From NCBI GenBank assembly GCA_035063585.1, contig JAPSGB010000022.1, positions 17,071 to 81,070 of the forward strand: a stretch of 64,000 bases of DNA, given 5' to 3'. The notes beneath the pieces are model-generated. The model made no database searches, was not told the origin of the DNA, and saw only the letters and a program-made list of their open reading frames with translations. The DNA comes from Polyangiaceae bacterium (GTDB lineage Bacteria; Myxococcota_A; Polyangia; Polyangiales; Polyangiaceae). Below are positions 62,701 to 64,000 of this stretch, one piece after another. The first letter of the stretch is position 1. The number at the start of each line of letters is the position of its first letter. The translations under genes were made by a program, and so were the position numbers.

Positions 62701-64000
62701 ATGAATGTTCGGGGACGATGGCTGGCGGTGATCGGTGGGCTCGGGATGCTGGCGGCGGCCGGCGGCTGTTCCGGGTCGTCGGATGAAGGGGGCACGCCGA
62801 GCAGCGGCGGCAGCGCGGGGGTAGGCGCGACCGGCGGTGGAGGAGGGACAGGTGGCCAGGGCGGTGCGGCCGGCGCCGCGGGGAGCAGCGGCGCGGGGTC
62901 GTGCACGCCGGGGGCGAAGCAGTGCGTCGGGAGCACGCCGCGGACGTGCTCGTCGAGCGGGGCGTGGGAGAGCGGGAGCGCGTGCGCCGATCAAGCGTGC
63001 GTGGACGGCGCGTGCATCGGCGTGTGCTCACCGGACGCGGTGCGGTGCTCGGGCGACGTGGCGCAGAAGTGTGACGTGGGCGGCCAGTGGGTGACGACGG
63101 TCGCGTGCACGAACCAGGCGTGCGTGAACGGCGCGTGCACGGGGTCGTGCACGCCGGGGGCGAAGCAGTGCTCGGGGAGCACGCCGCAGACGTGCTCGTC
63201 GAGCGGGGCGTGGGAGAGCGGGAGCGCGTGCGCGAACCAGGCGTGCGTGAACGGCGAGTGCACGGGGTCGTGCGCGCCGGGGGCGAAGCAGTGCGCGGGC
63301 AACATGCCGCAGACGTGCTCGTCGAGCGGGACGTGGGAGAGCGGGAGCGCGTGCGCGGGAGCGACACCGACCTGCTATGCCGGCGCGTGCGTCAGTCAGC
63401 CGAGCTGCGCGGACCCCGGCCAGGGGCGGACGGACTGCGGCTCGGGCGGCAACGAGAGCTGCTGCACCTCGCGACTGGTGAAGGGCGGGACATTCTACCG
63501 GGGCTACACCGAGCCCCCGGGGTCGACCGGCTACAAGACCAAGGACTACCCGGCGACGGTGGCTGATTTCCGGCTGGACGAGTACGAAGTGACGGTGGGG
63601 CGTTTCCGGAAGTTCGTGGAGGCGTGGGTTGACGGGTGGCGTCCGGTGGCGGGAGCAGGCAAGCACACGCACTTGAACGGCGGTTTGGGCCTCGTGAACG
63701 GCGGCGCTGGCGGCGGTAATGAACCGGGCTGGGACGCGAGCTGGTCGAGTGAGCTCGCGCAGTCGACCGTCGACTGGGACACGAACCTCGCCTGCTATTC
63801 GGGCTATGAGACCTGGACGCCGTCAGCCGGCGGGAACGAGAATCGTCCCATCAACTGCGCGAGCTGGTACGAGCTTCAAGCGTTCTGCATTTGGGACGGC
63901 GGGTTCTTGCCGAGCGAGACGGAGTGGCACTACGCGGCGTCGGGCGGGAGTGAGCAGCGGAAGTACCCCTGGGGGAACACCGACCCCGGTGCGAACGCGG
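62701..64000 (+). CDS. Lipoprotein with four 41-aa Cys-rich repeats and an FGE-sulfatase/SUMF1 domain (truncated by the window end; absent from the ORF track)
   Basis: AGGAG RBS, ATG 62701, MNVRGRWLAVIGGLGMLAAAGGC lipobox, FRLDEYEVTVGRFRKF, PINCASW, LPSETEW.YAA.GG and YPWG. Open to the end of the window. Confidence 0.9.
   Translation, partial: MNVRGRWLAVIGGLGMLAAAGGCSGSSDEGGTPSSGGSAGVGATGGGGGTGGQGGAAGAAGSSGAGSCTPGAKQCVGSTPRTCSSSGAWESGSACADQACVDGACIGVCSPDAVRCSGDVAQKCDVGGQWVTTVACTNQACVNGACTGSCTPGAKQCSGSTPQTCSSSGAWESGSACANQACVNGECTGSCAPGAKQCAGNMPQTCSSSGTWESGSACAGATPTCYAGACVSQPSCADPGQGRTDCGSGGNESCCTSRLVKGGTFYRGYTEPPGSTGYKTKDYPATVADFRLDEYEVTVGRFRKFVEAWVDGWRPVAGAGKHTHLNGGLGLVNGGAGGGNEPGWDASWSSELAQSTVDWDTNLACYSGYETWTPSAGGNENRPINCASWYELQAFCIWDGGFLPSETEWHYAASGGSEQRKYPWGNTDPGANA
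62899..63390 (+). repeat. Intragenic 123-bp tandem repeat (4 units)
   Basis: TCGTGCRCGCCGGGGGCGAAGCAGTGC at 62899, 63145 and 63268, with a diverged unit at about 63022. Encodes CTPGAKQC..TPQTCSSSGAWESGSAC.NQAC..G.C. Confidence 0.9.

Overview
Very high-GC chromosomal segment, most likely from a Myxococcota (Polyangiales/Polyangiaceae-like) bacterium. The assignment rests on MYXO-CTERM-type C-termini, Gly/Cys-rich lipoproteins, PEGA/TPR, FG-GAP and FGE-sulfatase domain proteins. In order, the window holds: a 72-bp tandem repeat array; an eight-gene heme-copper oxidase operon (diheme c4, 51-aa membrane peptide, subunits II, I, III, IV, a second III, a small protein) followed by an SCO-cytochrome c-YHS fusion; mutT-like, FHA and ruvA genes; a TPR/PEGA/FG-GAP/NtrC/FGE block; a ClpA/C-type ATPase; cysteine synthase; GDPD; acyl-CoA dehydrogenase; tandem MYXO-CTERM paralogues; PI-PLC; a receiver/J-like protein; folK; an ECF sigma/anti-sigma/lipoprotein module; a partial ATP synthase operon (b', b, delta, alpha, gamma); tatA; purL; VWA; prolyl oligopeptidase; LysR; a metallophosphoesterase; and a Cys-repeat FGE lipoprotein that runs off the end. 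The most notable observations are three. (1) The A-family oxidase keeps its D-channel and His-Tyr site but has apparently lost the K-channel residues, with new intramembrane glutamates nearby. (2) A strand-biased, bulged-hairpin REP-like repeat (core CCG-CGC-CGGACC) recurs in many intergenic gaps and is also the core of the tandem array. (3) Related AT-rich LysR-type boxes lie upstream of purL and of a LysR gene 6 kb away. I found no tRNA, rRNA, CRISPR, transposase or reverse transcriptase. All calls come from manual motif recognition; no database searches were run.
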